NCBI GenBank assembly: GCA_963842525.1
Contig: CAWJGT010000034.1
Location: 96,001-160,000, forward strand
DNA from: an uncultured Holophagales bacterium
GTDB taxonomy: Bacteria > Acidobacteriota > Thermoanaerobaculia > Multivoradales > UBA5704
DNA: 64,000 nucleotides
Reading direction: 5' to 3'
This document shows, piece after piece, positions 47,739 to 57,951 of the stretch. The position numbers and the translations under genes are program-made. The notes under the pieces were generated by a model, which was given only the letters and a program-made list of their open reading frames with translations, made no database searches and was not told the DNA's origin. Numbering within the stretch: the stretch's first letter is position 1; every line of letters begins with the position of its first letter.

Positions 47739-47879
47739 CGGGGTTCCCCTTTCAAACGCTAAGTTCCCCGAAACATACAACCAGCGGCCCCGCTCTTGCA
47801 CCCCCTCGCCCTGCATAGCATCTTTATGCCCCAGCCCCTTCGGGGCCTCTCCAACCGAAGCGAATCTGACAAAGCAGAA

Positions 47880-48776
47880 TTATCCTCTGCCAGTAACGCG
47901 CGCCACCGAGGCGAGCCGGCGGCAGGCCCACACCGCCGCAACGCCGCCTAAAGAAAAGACCACGGCCGCGATCCAGAACGCCGGGTCCGGTCCGCTCTCC
48001 CAGAGCAGCGGCCGCGGCGCGGGCTCGCCCATCCGCCAGACCCAGAGAAAGGTTGCGACGTCCACCGCAGTGTGGAGGACCACGCCCGGCAGGATGGAGC
48101 CTGTGATCCAGGCCAGGGCTCCGAAGAGCACGGAGACGCCCAGGAAGACCGGCATCAGCGCCGGCGACCAGCTCGCATGCGAGGCATGGATCAGGCCGAA
48201 GACGGTCCCGGTGATCAGGATCGCCACCACCACGCCGTGGCGCCGCTCGATGGTCCCCTGCATATAGCCGCGGAAGCCGGCCTCCTCGGATACGCCGGCG
48301 ACCAGGGAGACCATGATGAAGAAGCTGAGGATCTCGAGCGAGGAGAACCGGGACAGGTCGGGGAGCGCCTCCCGCGGAATCGCGATCAGCCGCAGGATGA
48401 GCCGTTGCAGGCCGACCACGCTCGCAATGCCAAGGACGCCCGCGAGCAGCGACCAGCTCCAGGCGCGCCCGGACAGGCGGGTGGCCCGCAAACCCCGGCG
48501 CCGCGCCTCGGCCGTGGACCGAGGCCATCCCCGTCCCCGGAGCCATTGCCAGAAGAGCCCGAGCAGGACCGCCATGACCAGCACCGACCAGGGGATGGGG
48601 AATGCCCAGGGGTGTTTCAGGTTGGCCCCGACCAGGAGCGCCCAGGGTCCGTTGCCTCCGGCCGAAACCAGCAATCCAACGAGGATCGCGCGCGGGATGA
48701 CCGGGAGACCTCGCCAAGCCCTGGCCGCCAAGCTCCCTGCCGCGTCCGTGGGCGTCCTCGTCCTCTCGTTTGCCAT
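47880..48776 (-). CDS. CPBP family intramembrane glutamic endopeptidase
   Basis: EEAGFRG, FGLIH, GSILPGVVLH. Confidence 0.88.
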   Translation of the reverse strand: MANERTRTPTDAAGSLAARAWRGLPVIPRAILVGLLVSAGGNGPWALLVGANLKHPWAFPIPWSVLVMAVLLGLFWQWLRGRGWPRSTAEARRRGLRATRLSGRAWSWSLLAGVLGIASVVGLQRLILRLIAIPREALPDLSRFSSLEILSFFIMVSLVAGVSEEAGFRGYMQGTIERRHGVVVAILITGTVFGLIHASHASWSPALMPVFLGVSVLFGALAWITGSILPGVVLHTAVDVATFLWVWRMGEPAPRPLLWESGPDPAFWIAAVVFSLGGVAAVWACRRLASVARVTGRG

Positions 48777-48886
48777 TACGTCAGGAACCATCTCCAGCCT
48801 CCTTTCGCGGCGTCCGTGCCGCCTCCATCTCCTCTGAAGATAGGTCTCCAAGCCGCTCTGAGTCCTGGAAAAGAGCTGGGATCTTC

Positions 48887-50318
48887 CTAAGGAAAAGATG
48901 AGGAAGGCACGGACATGCCCAGCCGGCGGAGCAGCCGGGGGAACCGGGGATCAGAACGCAGGCCGTCGATCAGCGGCGAGACCGGGAAGAGGACGAGGTA
49001 GGGGTCCTGCCGCTCTACGCCTCGCTCGATCCAGGCGAAGGCCCGGTCCCGATCTCCCGCGGCGGCGTAGAGGACCGCGAGGTCGATCCAGCTCCCGGCA
49101 CCGAGCACCGGAGCCGCGCCCTCCATCCAACGGGCCGTAGCGCGGTACAAGCCCGGGAGGCCCTCCGCGGCGAAGACGCCGTCGAGGTTTTCCAGGACGC
49201 GGGGCGTCACGCCCACCGAGCGGAGCGTGGCGCGGAAGGCGGCGTAGGCTTCCCGGTCCCTGCCCTGGTGAGCCAGCGCCCATGCCACCTTGAGGCGGGC
49301 ATCCGCATGGTCGGGAGCCAGCTCGAGGGTCCTCTTCCCCTGGCGGACGACCGCTTCGTAGTCGCGGGCGAGGAGAAAGACCTCCAGCACATCGCGGTGG
49401 ATCGTCAGATCCCGGGGAGCGAGGCTCAGGGCCCGGCGTGCCTCGGCCACGGCCTCGGACCGCCGTCCGCTGCAGGCGAGGACGAAAGCGTACCAGCGGT
49501 GGGCATTGGCGTCATCGGGCCGCGACCGCAGCGCGCGGCGGATCTCCTGTTCGCCGCGTGGAAAATCGTGATCGGCCAGGAAGAACACCATGGCGAGGGT
49601 GGTCCGCGCCTCGGCCAGATCCGGGTCGAGCGCAAGCGCGCGCTGGGCCGCGGCCCGGGCGTGCGGATAGAGGTCCGCGGGACGGTCGAGGCCGATGACG
49701 ATCCGCTGCAGATAGCTGTCCGCAATGCCCGCATGGGCCTCGGCGTAGCGCGGGTGGATCTCGAGCGCCCGCTCGAAATCGACGCGGGCCTGCTCCAGCG
49801 CCGGCGCGATCCGCTGATCGAGGAGGGCACGTCCGTGAAGATAGGCCTGCAGGGCCTCCGGCGGTGGCCGGTCCGCGCCGATCCGCGGCAGGCTCCCGGC
49901 GAGGACAAGCGCCAGGATCAGGAGGAGCGCGACCGTCGCCACCGCCGGAAAACGCCGGCTCTTCGATGAGCGGCGCTCCCTCGGAGACCGTCCCAGGAGC
50001 AATCAGCAGGCGATAGCCCCGCTTGGGAAGCGTCTCGATGAAGCGTGGGCTCCGGGCATCGTCCCCCAAGACCTTGCGGAGCTGGTAGATCGAGCCGCTC
50101 AGCGCATCGTCGCTGACCGCGCGCCCACCCCAGACGCCGTCCAGGAGCTGCTGCTTGGAGACCACCTCGCCCGGGTGCGCGGCGAGGAACACCAGCACAT
50201 CCATGAGCTGCGGCTCGATCCGCTGGGAGACACCTGCGCCACGCAGGGTGCCGTCCACAGGCCGGACCTCCCAGGGTCCCAGTCGGAAGGAATCGCCGGT
50301 GAAGGAGCTTGCGTGCAT
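48887..50318 (-). CDS. Winged-helix (OmpR/CadC-type) - TM - TPR regulator (frameshift near 50000)
   Basis: IEPQLMDVLVFLAAHPGEVVSKQQLLDGVW..IETLPKRGYRL; EALQAYLHG; TPRs; LRSDPRF. Confidence 0.85.
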
Positions 50319-50337
50319 GTGGTCCAGAGCCAGGGAT

Positions 50338-53300
50338 TCAGAGTCCAGGGCGGAATTGGATCAGCGCCACCCGAAAGCCTATGGTCCTGTAGCGGCGCCG
50401 AGGGTGCTCCTTGTTGCGAAAGGCGCAGCGCATGAACCTGGAACTCAAGATGGCCGAGCCTCCCCGCAACACCCGGCGGCCCTCCACAGAATGATCCTCA
50501 CGGCGCTGCCGATCTTTGAGGTCCGCCGGGTACGGGTAGGGCTCAAAGAGGCTGCGCGTCCATTCCCAGATATTCCCAGCCATCTCCTCGCAACCGTAAG
50601 GGCTCGCTCCCCCGGCAAAACAGCCGGCCGGGCTCACCTGCCGAGTTTTCGCCTCCAGAGAATTAGCAAGGCGACGATCGTCCTTCTCTCCCCAGGGGTA
50701 GCGCCGGTGTGGCCTCGGATTCTCCATCAGAGGACCATTCGAACTCCTGTTTCTCAAGGAGCCGACCTGCGGACGACTCAGAATTTTCACTCCGCCCCGT
50801 GCCGCCTTCTCCCATTCAGCCTCAGAGGGCAAGCAAACCGCCCACCCCTTTTTGAGCAGACCTCCGACTCGCCACCTCTCGGTAAGCCATTCACAAAACG
50901 CTGCGGCATCGTTCCAATTGACTCGTTCCGCGGGCACGTTGAGCGCTCCCCATCCCCACAGGCCGAAAGGCGCTCTGGACTGCCGGCCTGAGGCTTCCGC
51001 CCAGGCCCGGAGCTGCGTCACGGTCACTGGATACCGGGCAAGGAAATAGTCGTAGGGGATTTCGCAGAGATGGAGCGGCTTCTCTTCTTCCCATGCCTGC
51101 TCGTCGGAGTCCTCGCTCCCCATCCAGAACGGTCCCGCGGGCACCCGGCAGAATTCCATCCCATCGAGCGTCATGACCTCCGGCCGCGGATCTCCGACGT
51201 CGGCCAGAGCCCTACCGGCCTGTGCCCGGCGGACCGGCGCCACCTTGTCCGCGCGCATCGTCCGGAGCAAAGCCTCAACCACTCTCTGCCGGCAGGCGGA
51301 AGTCACGCCGGCCGAGCCGGCATCGGCCACCGCGCGGCCGGCCAGCACGACAGCCTGTCCGGGTCGACCGGGCGCTTGGTCCAGGAGCGCCTCCACCACC
51401 GCGCTCGCCGCCTCGTCCCGCTTCTGACCGATCCCCAGGTACCCGACGGTCAGCAGAATCACCTCGTGCCACGGCGCCTCGTCCACATGCTGGGCCAGCG
51501 CCTCGACGATTGGCTCGACTCCCTGCTGGCCTTTCTGCGCCAGGGCCACCGCCGCCAGATACTCCTGGAAGGTCAGATGAATGAAGCCGTATTGGCGGCC
51601 TCCCCGGTCGAGGAGGAGCGCGGCGTGGTCCCGCACGTCGTCCAGGAAATGCCGGGTGGCCGCTTCCGGATCACTCTCCCCCCTCTCGCGATAGATCCGC
51701 TCCAGCTCCTGGTGGAGGTCCCACTCCCTCACCAGGCCCACGCCCGGCGATGTCTGGTGCATCCAGAGAGCCAGCGGCGCCAGGATCTTCAGGGTCTCCA
51801 CCAGATCCAGGTCGCGGGACGACCGGCCGGCCAGGCTCCGCACCAGGTTCCAATTCCGCAGCAGCGTCTCGACATATGTCTGGTAGAGCTCCGTCCGCCG
51901 CTCGGGAAGGGTCACCCCCTGCCGCTTCATCAGGGCCAGGATGGTCAGCAGCAGCGGATTCGCGGCGAGCGAGCGCACCCCGGGATTGCGCTCGATGGCG
52001 GCAAGCAGCTCGTCCCGCTCGCGCTTCGCGTCCTGGACGGCCACTTGGCCGTCCCCCACCGCCGCGCGCTCCAGGGCGGAAGTCCACTTCTCCACGAACA
52101 CCTCGATCTCCTCTCGATCGAAGTCCACCAGCGTGCCTTCGACCAGCCCCTCGGCAGCGGGCCGGACCTCCCTGTACCCCACGATGCGGCTGGTGAGGGC
52201 AAATTTGTTGCCCTGCCGGCGGTGGAGGCCGTAGAAATCCCGAACCCGCTCGACCACGGTGTTGCGCAGGCCCAGCTCCTTCACCTCATCCAGACCGTCC
52301 AGAAGGAAGAGGACGTTGCCGCGAGGAAGCTCGCTGTCGAGGAGGGCGTCCAGGGGCAGGTCGAGCCCCCGCTGCTCCTGGTGATACCGGGGCAGGAAAC
52401 GGCCCAGGGGGATGTCCTCCTTGACGAGCGCGTTGGCGTAGGCGGAGAGCGGAAGGAGCACCGGCAGGCGGCCGCCCAGGCCCAGGGTTTCGCCCTGGCC
52501 GGTGGCGAGGGTGAGGGCCAGGTACTTGAGGAAGGTGGTCTTCCCCGACCCCGGGTCTCCCAGCAGGACGAGGCCGTCGTGGCTCGCCAGGAGATCGAGG
52601 ACCGGCTGCGGCTCACCGAGCTTCCGGCCCATGGCCTCCGCCTCGTCCTCGGAGGGCGTCCGGCCGGCCAGGAGGAGGCGCTCCCAGGTCTCCCCCTCGG
52701 GCGTCTCCAGGCGGGCTTTCAGAGGCACGTACATCTCCAGCAGGGGGAGCCGGATCGCGACACGGTCGGAGACGCCGAAGCCCTTGAAGTCCAGATAGCG
52801 GTAACGCTCGACGAGGTGAGCGAGGTAGCGCTCCCGGACCTGGGCGAGGTCGGGGGCCGGGGCTCGCTGGGAGTTCCTCGGCTCGCGGGCGTCGACCTTC
52901 GGCTCCTTGTCCCGCTCGAGATGGCGGAGGGCTGTGACGACCTGGGTCGCCAAGGTGTCTGGGTTGCCGTCGAAGACGTCGACAATTCGGTCCTGGCGGA
53001 CCCGGTCACGGAAACGATCCTGACGCTGGAAGAGCTCATCCGGCTCATGCAGGCTCCGGGGCAGCGGGAAGTCGTCCGAGGCGAGGAAGATGAGACGGGG
53101 AATTCCGGCAGCGATCGCGGCCTCGTATTCGCGCTCCGTGAAGGAGGTCTGCGATCCGGGAGGAGAGCTTCCGTAGAGCCCTCCGACGAGGCCCACGAGC
53201 ACGTCGCACTCGGCGATCTTGGTGCGGCAGAAGACGTCAGCTTCCCAGTCGCGGGCGCCGAAGTCTTCCATCCGAATGCAGACGCAGCCGTAGCGCTGGA

Positions 53301-53367
53301 TTGCGCGATAGACCGCCGCCCTGTGGGAACCGAGGTCGCGGGCTGTGGAGCTGAGGAAGACTTTCAT
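50338..53367 (-). CDS. DUF4062 - NACHT - formylglycine-generating-enzyme (SUMF1) domain protein
   Basis: MKVFLSST..SFTEREY; GDPGSGKTT, LLDGLDE, NPLLL, FIHLTFQEYLAA; LPSEAEWEKAARG, MAGNIWEW, RVLRGGS, IGFRV. Confidence 0.92.
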   Translation of the reverse strand: MKVFLSSTARDLGSHRAAVYRAIQRYGCVCIRMEDFGARDWEADVFCRTKIAECDVLVGLVGGLYGSSPPGSQTSFTEREYEAAIAAGIPRLIFLASDDFPLPRSLHEPDELFQRQDRFRDRVRQDRIVDVFDGNPDTLATQVVTALRHLERDKEPKVDAREPRNSQRAPAPDLAQVRERYLAHLVERYRYLDFKGFGVSDRVAIRLPLLEMYVPLKARLETPEGETWERLLLAGRTPSEDEAEAMGRKLGEPQPVLDLLASHDGLVLLGDPGSGKTTFLKYLALTLATGQGETLGLGGRLPVLLPLSAYANALVKEDIPLGRFLPRYHQEQRGLDLPLDALLDSELPRGNVLFLLDGLDEVKELGLRNTVVERVRDFYGLHRRQGNKFALTSRIVGYREVRPAAEGLVEGTLVDFDREEIEVFVEKWTSALERAAVGDGQVAVQDAKRERDELLAAIERNPGVRSLAANPLLLTILALMKRQGVTLPERRTELYQTYVETLLRNWNLVRSLAGRSSRDLDLVETLKILAPLALWMHQTSPGVGLVREWDLHQELERIYRERGESDPEAATRHFLDDVRDHAALLLDRGGRQYGFIHLTFQEYLAAVALAQKGQQGVEPIVEALAQHVDEAPWHEVILLTVGYLGIGQKRDEAASAVVEALLDQAPGRPGQAVVLAGRAVADAGSAGVTSACRQRVVEALLRTMRADKVAPVRRAQAGRALADVGDPRPEVMTLDGMEFCRVPAGPFWMGSEDSDEQAWEEEKPLHLCEIPYDYFLARYPVTVTQLRAWAEASGRQSRAPFGLWGWGALNVPAERVNWNDAAAFCEWLTERWRVGGLLKKGWAVCLPSEAEWEKAARGGVKILSRPQVGSLRNRSSNGPLMENPRPHRRYPWGEKDDRRLANSLEAKTRQVSPAGCFAGGASPYGCEEMAGNIWEWTRSLFEPYPYPADLKDRQRREDHSVEGRRVLRGGSAILSSRFMRCAFRNKEHPRRRYRTIGFRVALIQFRPGL

Positions 53368-53417
53368 GGCGGACGGAATCTCGCCATGAGTTTAGCAAAG
53401 GCGGTCCCCGCCTGCTC

Positions 53418-53693
53418 TTAAGGTTGGGCAGTCACCGCCCTTCGCTAACGACAGGGGCGTCGAGGTTGGGCAGTCGCTGCCCTTCGCTAACAGCAGGGCC
53501 GTTAAGGTTGGGCAGTCACTGCCCTTCGCTAACAGCAGGACCGTTGAGGTTGGGCAGCCGCTGCCCTTCGTTAACAGCAGAGCCGTTGAGGTTGGGCAGC
53601 CGCTGCCCTTCGTTAACAGCAGAGCCGTTAAGGTTGGGCAGTCACTGCCCTTCGTTAACAGCAGGGGCGTTAGGGTTGGGCAGTCGCTGCCCT
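53418..53693. repeat. 42-bp tandem repeat, about 6.5 copies, with one hairpin per unit
   Basis: Unit TTrAGGTTGGGCAGyCrCTGCCCTTCGyTAACAGCAGrrCCG; GGGCAG-N3-CTGCCC. Confidence 0.9.
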
Positions 53694-53763
53694 CGGTCAG
53701 GAATCGACCGGGATTCGAAGAGCGGGCGAGACGCCATCGGTCCGAGGCCCGCCCACCCCAGCT

Positions 53764-54879
53764 TCAGACCAGCCCCTGGAGAAACGCCAGAGCCGGAGCG
53801 ACGCGGATCCCCTCCGGGCTGACATAGTCCTTCTGCCCGGTGGCCGAGATCTGCCAGGCCTCGGCGTCTGGAAAGCGCGCCTTGAGGTACCGCAGGCTGC
53901 GGTCGATCTCCGCGTCCGCCCATTTGCACTCGATGAGCCGGAGGGGCTTGCGCCTGTCCGTGACCACGAAGTCCACCTCCCGGCCGTCGACGTCCCGGAA
54001 GTACCGCAGCTCCAGGTCGCGCCCCTGGGTGTCCTGCTCGTACTGGACCCATTTCAGGAGGTGGGAGGCGACCAGGTTCTCGAAGCGCTGAGGGTCGGTT
54101 GGGACGAGGGTCCAGTCGAAGTGGTAGTGCTTCTGCTCCTTCTTGACCGCCCGGATCGCCGGGCTGCCGAAGGGCGGCAGGCGGAAGATTGCGAAGAGTC
54201 GTTCGAGGATCTGCAACCAGCTCGACACGGTCTTGTGGCTCACCTGGAGATCCTCTCGCAGGCCGTTGACCGACAGGGGCGATCCGACGAGATCGGGCAG
54301 ACGGAGCATCAGCAGCTCGAGGGTTCCAAGATCCTGGACCCGCTCCAGGCTCACGAGCTCCTCGCGGATCAGCAGGTTGCGGTATTCGCGCGACCAGCGC
54401 CGGGCCTCGACCTCGGAGCCGCTGAAGTAGGGCTCTGGGAAGCCTCCCAGGGTGAGGAGCCGGAGCAACTCGTCCAGAGTTGTGAGGCCAAGCTCGGCTG
54501 ACGACAAGGGATGGAGATGAAGCAGGTGATAGCGCCCCTGGAGGGAGTCCCCGGAGTAGCGGTATAGATCCAGCCGTGCGCTGCCGGTGACCAGGATGTG
54601 CTGGTCGGGCGACTTGCCGTCGTAGAGACCCTTCAGATAGTTGAGCCAGAGACGGTATTTATGGATCTCGTCAAAGATCCAAAGAGGGGACACCGGCAGC
54701 TCCCGGCGGAGGATCCGCTCCCGGTGCTCAGGGATGTCCCAGTTGAGATAGCCCCGATCCGCGCCCGGCAGACTCTTCGCCAGTGTGGTCTTGCCGACCT
54801 GGCGCGGCCCGGCCACGAAAACCATCTTCCGGGTCAGATCCTTCTCGATCTGGGATCTCAGATACCGGGGAGCGTCCAT
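53764..54879 (-). CDS. AAA_14 ATPase + DUF4143 (restriction-endonuclease-like C-terminus)
   Basis: GPRQVGKTT, FDEIH, VTGSA, GGFPE, FENLVA, REVDFV..IECK. Confidence 0.9.
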   Translation of the reverse strand: MDAPRYLRSQIEKDLTRKMVFVAGPRQVGKTTLAKSLPGADRGYLNWDIPEHRERILRRELPVSPLWIFDEIHKYRLWLNYLKGLYDGKSPDQHILVTGSARLDLYRYSGDSLQGRYHLLHLHPLSSAELGLTTLDELLRLLTLGGFPEPYFSGSEVEARRWSREYRNLLIREELVSLERVQDLGTLELLMLRLPDLVGSPLSVNGLREDLQVSHKTVSSWLQILERLFAIFRLPPFGSPAIRAVKKEQKHYHFDWTLVPTDPQRFENLVASHLLKWVQYEQDTQGRDLELRYFRDVDGREVDFVVTDRRKPLRLIECKWADAEIDRSLRYLKARFPDAEAWQISATGQKDYVSPEGIRVAPALAFLQGLV

Positions 54880-54989
54880 GTCACCATGGTGCCAGGATTT
54901 TCACCCCCAGTCAAAAAAACTCGCGCGTGTTTTCGACTCCGGGTGAAAACGCTCGGGGGTCGCTCCATGCTACTCTGAACACAGGGCTT

Positions 54990-56096
54990 ATGCGCGACAC
55001 CAAGCTCATCCTGATCCTGCTGTCGATCCTGGTCTTCCTGACCGTCGGGTTCGTCCTCAACCTGCTGCAGTCGATCCTCATTCCGCTGGTGGTCGCGGTC
55101 TTCCTGTTCCAGATCTTCTCGCCGCTGATGGCGGCGCTGCACCGGCGGCGGCTGCCGCCTTCGGTGGCGATCCTCGTGGTGCTGGTGGTGGTCTCGGCGG
55201 TCCTCCTGCTCGCCTCCCTGATCCTCTATTCGAGCGCGGAGGCCTTCACCGAGAAGATGCCGGCGTACCAGGAGAAGCTCACCGGGCTCTTCGATCACCT
55301 CTTCGCGCGCCTGAGCGCCGCCTTCCCCGTGATGCGGCCGCAGGTCGAGCGCTGGCGGATGGGCGAGACCCTCGAGATCTCGGCGGTGACCGGGTTCCTG
55401 GCCGCGGGGGTCGGCTCGTTCCTGGTCTTCTTCACGGACCTGGTGATGATCCTGCTGTTCCTGGTCTTCCTCCTGCTGGGGAGCGCAAGCTTCCCGAACA
55501 AGCTGGGCCGCGCCCTGGCGCCGGGCCGCACCAAGCGGATGACCGTCATGATGCGCAACATCGAGGAGCAGGTCCGGCAGTACCTGCTGATGAAGACGCT
55601 GATCAACCTCGCCAACGGCGTGCTGGTGACGATCCTCCTCGCCGCGTTCGGCGTCGACCTGCCGATCTTCTGGGGGTTCGTGACCTTCCTCGCCCACTAC
55701 ATCCCGCAGATCGGCGGCGTCCTCTCGGTCGGCCTGCCCGCAATCTTTTTCCTGCTCCAGTTCGACTCTCTCGGACAGGCCCTGCTGGTGGCGGGGCTCA
55801 ACCTGGTGCTGCAGTTCGTGATCGGCAACGTCGTCGAGCCGCGGGTCATGGGGACGCGGCTCAACCTGAGCCCGCTCCTGGTGCTCCTCTCCCTGATCTT
55901 CTGGGGCTGGCTGTGGGGACCGTGGGGCATGGTCCTCGCCGTGCCGATCACCGCCACGATCAAGATCGTCTGCGAGAACGTCCAGGTCCTCTGGCCCATC
56001 GCGATCCTGATGAGCGATTCGGTCGACAAGGAGGAGGAGCAGATCGAGGACATCCAGGAGCTGCCGGTCGCGCCGGCGTCCGGTCAGGTGTCCTGA
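54990..56096 (+). CDS. AI-2E family transporter
   Basis: YIPQIG, GNVVEPRVMG, LSPLLV, WGWLWGPWGMVLAVP. Confidence 0.92.
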   Translation: MRDTKLILILLSILVFLTVGFVLNLLQSILIPLVVAVFLFQIFSPLMAALHRRRLPPSVAILVVLVVVSAVLLLASLILYSSAEAFTEKMPAYQEKLTGLFDHLFARLSAAFPVMRPQVERWRMGETLEISAVTGFLAAGVGSFLVFFTDLVMILLFLVFLLLGSASFPNKLGRALAPGRTKRMTVMMRNIEEQVRQYLLMKTLINLANGVLVTILLAAFGVDLPIFWGFVTFLAHYIPQIGGVLSVGLPAIFFLLQFDSLGQALLVAGLNLVLQFVIGNVVEPRVMGTRLNLSPLLVLLSLIFWGWLWGPWGMVLAVPITATIKIVCENVQVLWPIAILMSDSVDKEEEQIEDIQELPVAPASGQVS

Positions 56097-56116
56097 TCCT
56101 CACCCCCCTCGCGCCC

Positions 56117-56758
56117 TCAGACGATCCCCCGCTCCAGCGCCTTGACGACCGCCTGCGTGCGGTCGCGCACACCCAGCTTCGACAGGATGTTCGAGATGTG
56201 GTTCTTGACCGTGCCCTCGGCGACGTGGAGGGAATCGGCGATCTCGCGGTTGCTCAGGCCGCCGGTCATCAGGCGCAGGACCGTGACCTCGCGCTCGGTG
56301 AGCGGGTCCGGCTCGTCCAGGCTCGGGAAGGCGGAGCCCACATGGAGCGCGGCCCGCAGCAGGCGTTCGGTGACCGCCGGTTGCAGGAGGGTGCCCCCGC
56401 CGGCCACGGTGCGGATCGCCTCGGCCAGACGCTCCAGCGAGATGTCCTTCAAGAGAAAGCCGCGGGCTCCCTGGCGGATGGCTTCGAGCATCAGGCCGTC
56501 GTCGTCGAAGGTCGTTAGGACGATGGTCGGCGGCAGGCGGTCTTCGGCGCGGAGGGCGCGCAGGACGCCGATCCCGTCGAGGCCCGGCATGCGGAGGTCG
56601 AGGAGGACGACGTCGGGCCGGGTCTCGGCCAGGACCCGCAGGGCGGTCTCGCCGTCCGCGGCCTCGCCGGCGACCTCGATGTCCGGCAACAGGTCGATCA
56701 GGGCGCGGATGCCCTCGCGCACCAGGGTCTGATCGTCCACCAGGCAGGTCCGGATCAC
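56117..56758 (-). CDS. NarL/LuxR-family response regulator
   Basis: VDDQTLVREG, LLDLRMP, LTTFD, LTERE..GTVKNHISNILSKL. Confidence 0.95.
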   Translation of the reverse strand: MIRTCLVDDQTLVREGIRALIDLLPDIEVAGEAADGETALRVLAETRPDVVLLDLRMPGLDGIGVLRALRAEDRLPPTIVLTTFDDDGLMLEAIRQGARGFLLKDISLERLAEAIRTVAGGGTLLQPAVTERLLRAALHVGSAFPSLDEPDPLTEREVTVLRLMTGGLSNREIADSLHVAEGTVKNHISNILSKLGVRDRTQAVVKALERGIV

Positions 56759-57951
56759 GCCGCGTCCTCCGCGGTGTCCGGCAGCCAAGCCGTCACCTCG
56801 AAGCCGCGGTCCGGGGCCGAGTCGATGTCGAGCCGTCCGCCCAGCTTCTCCAGCCGCTCGCGCATCCCCCGCAGGCCGTTGCCCGGCACGACCTCGGCCG
56901 CTCCGCGACCGTCGTCGCGCGCCCGCAGAGTGAGCCCTCCCCCGCCGTCGCTCACCTCCAGCCAGAGGTTGCGTGCCGCGGCGTGGCGCACCGCATTGGT
57001 AAAGACCTCCTGGGTCCAGCGCAGCACGGTGTGGGCGAGGTCGGAGCTTTCGAGTCGCACCTCCGGCCGGACGGTCAGGTGGACCAGCGGCTCGTCCACG
57101 CCTGCTCCCAGCTCGGCGAGGGCCGCGGCGAGACGGCCTTCCAGGGCCACGGCGGGATCGGACGGGACGGGAGGCTCGTCCTGGCGCAGGGTGGTCACCA
57201 CCTCGCGAACCTCCTGGAGGAGCCCCTTCGCGACGCGTTGCGCCGTGACTACGCGCTCCCGCGCCGTGCCCTCCAGGGTCTCCGGAGCGTGGAGCGCCGC
57301 CTCCAGGTTGAGCGAGAGGGCGGTCAGGTGGTGGCCCAGCACGTCGTGCAGCTCGCGGGCGATGCGCAGGCGCTCGGCCGCGCGGGTGCTCTCGGCGAGG
57401 AGCTGGCGCGTGGCGAGCAGCGATTCATGGGTCCGGGCGAGCTCGGCCCGGGCCTGCCTTTCGCTCTGCGCGATGCGGAAGGTGTAGAGCGCGAAGAGCT
57501 GGAAGCCGAGGTAGACCCCGCTGACAAGGATCGCCATGACGACCCCTGCGCTGGCGACCAGAGGGCCCGCCAACACCGCCGTCTGGACCGCGACCCAGGC
57601 GAGGGAAGGGCCGAGCGGGAGAAAGCCGGGGAGCTGCGCCGCGACGATGACCGGCAGGACGCTTCCCATGGGATTGGGGACCAACCAGCCCAGGGCCAAA
57701 GCCGTCAGGCTCTGGAGCGCCAGGAGGGCCAGGTGCCATCGGGTTGCTCGGTCCGGAGGCCGGAGCGCCGTCACAGTGAACGCGGCAAGGAAGATGAAGA
57801 ACCCCGCCATCCAGGCGACGCACCGGGGCTGGGCCATCCGCGAGGGGTCTTGCAGAAGCTCCATCCAGACCGGGAATTCGGCAAAACAGCAGGTCGCGAT
57901 CCCGACCCAGAGGAGAGGCCGGGTCTGGGACGAGGTCCGGGGCTCGGTCAT
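56755..57951 (-). CDS. Membrane sensor histidine kinase (HisKA_3)
   Basis: ERLRIARELHDVLGHHL, QEVFTNAVRH, DDGRG, GNGLRGMRER. Confidence 0.93.
   Translation of the reverse strand: MTEPRTSSQTRPLLWVGIATCCFAEFPVWMELLQDPSRMAQPRCVAWMAGFFIFLAAFTVTALRPPDRATRWHLALLALQSLTALALGWLVPNPMGSVLPVIVAAQLPGFLPLGPSLAWVAVQTAVLAGPLVASAGVVMAILVSGVYLGFQLFALYTFRIAQSERQARAELARTHESLLATRQLLAESTRAAERLRIARELHDVLGHHLTALSLNLEAALHAPETLEGTARERVVTAQRVAKGLLQEVREVVTTLRQDEPPVPSDPAVALEGRLAAALAELGAGVDEPLVHLTVRPEVRLESSDLAHTVLRWTQEVFTNAVRHAAARNLWLEVSDGGGGLTLRARDDGRGAAEVVPGNGLRGMRERLEKLGGRLDIDSAPDRGFEVTAWLPDTAEDAA

Larger units (their letters stand above)
46218..47823 (-). mobile_element. IS110 family (IS1111-type) element inserted at a CT core
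   Basis: CT at 46216-46217 and 47822-47823; sub-terminal CTATG inverted motifs; long 3' non-coding region; removal restores the REP arm. Confidence 0.9.

Noticed and set aside
53418-53693. CRISPR array
   Set aside because: Units are contiguous and near-identical along their whole length, with no unique spacers and no cas genes in the window.
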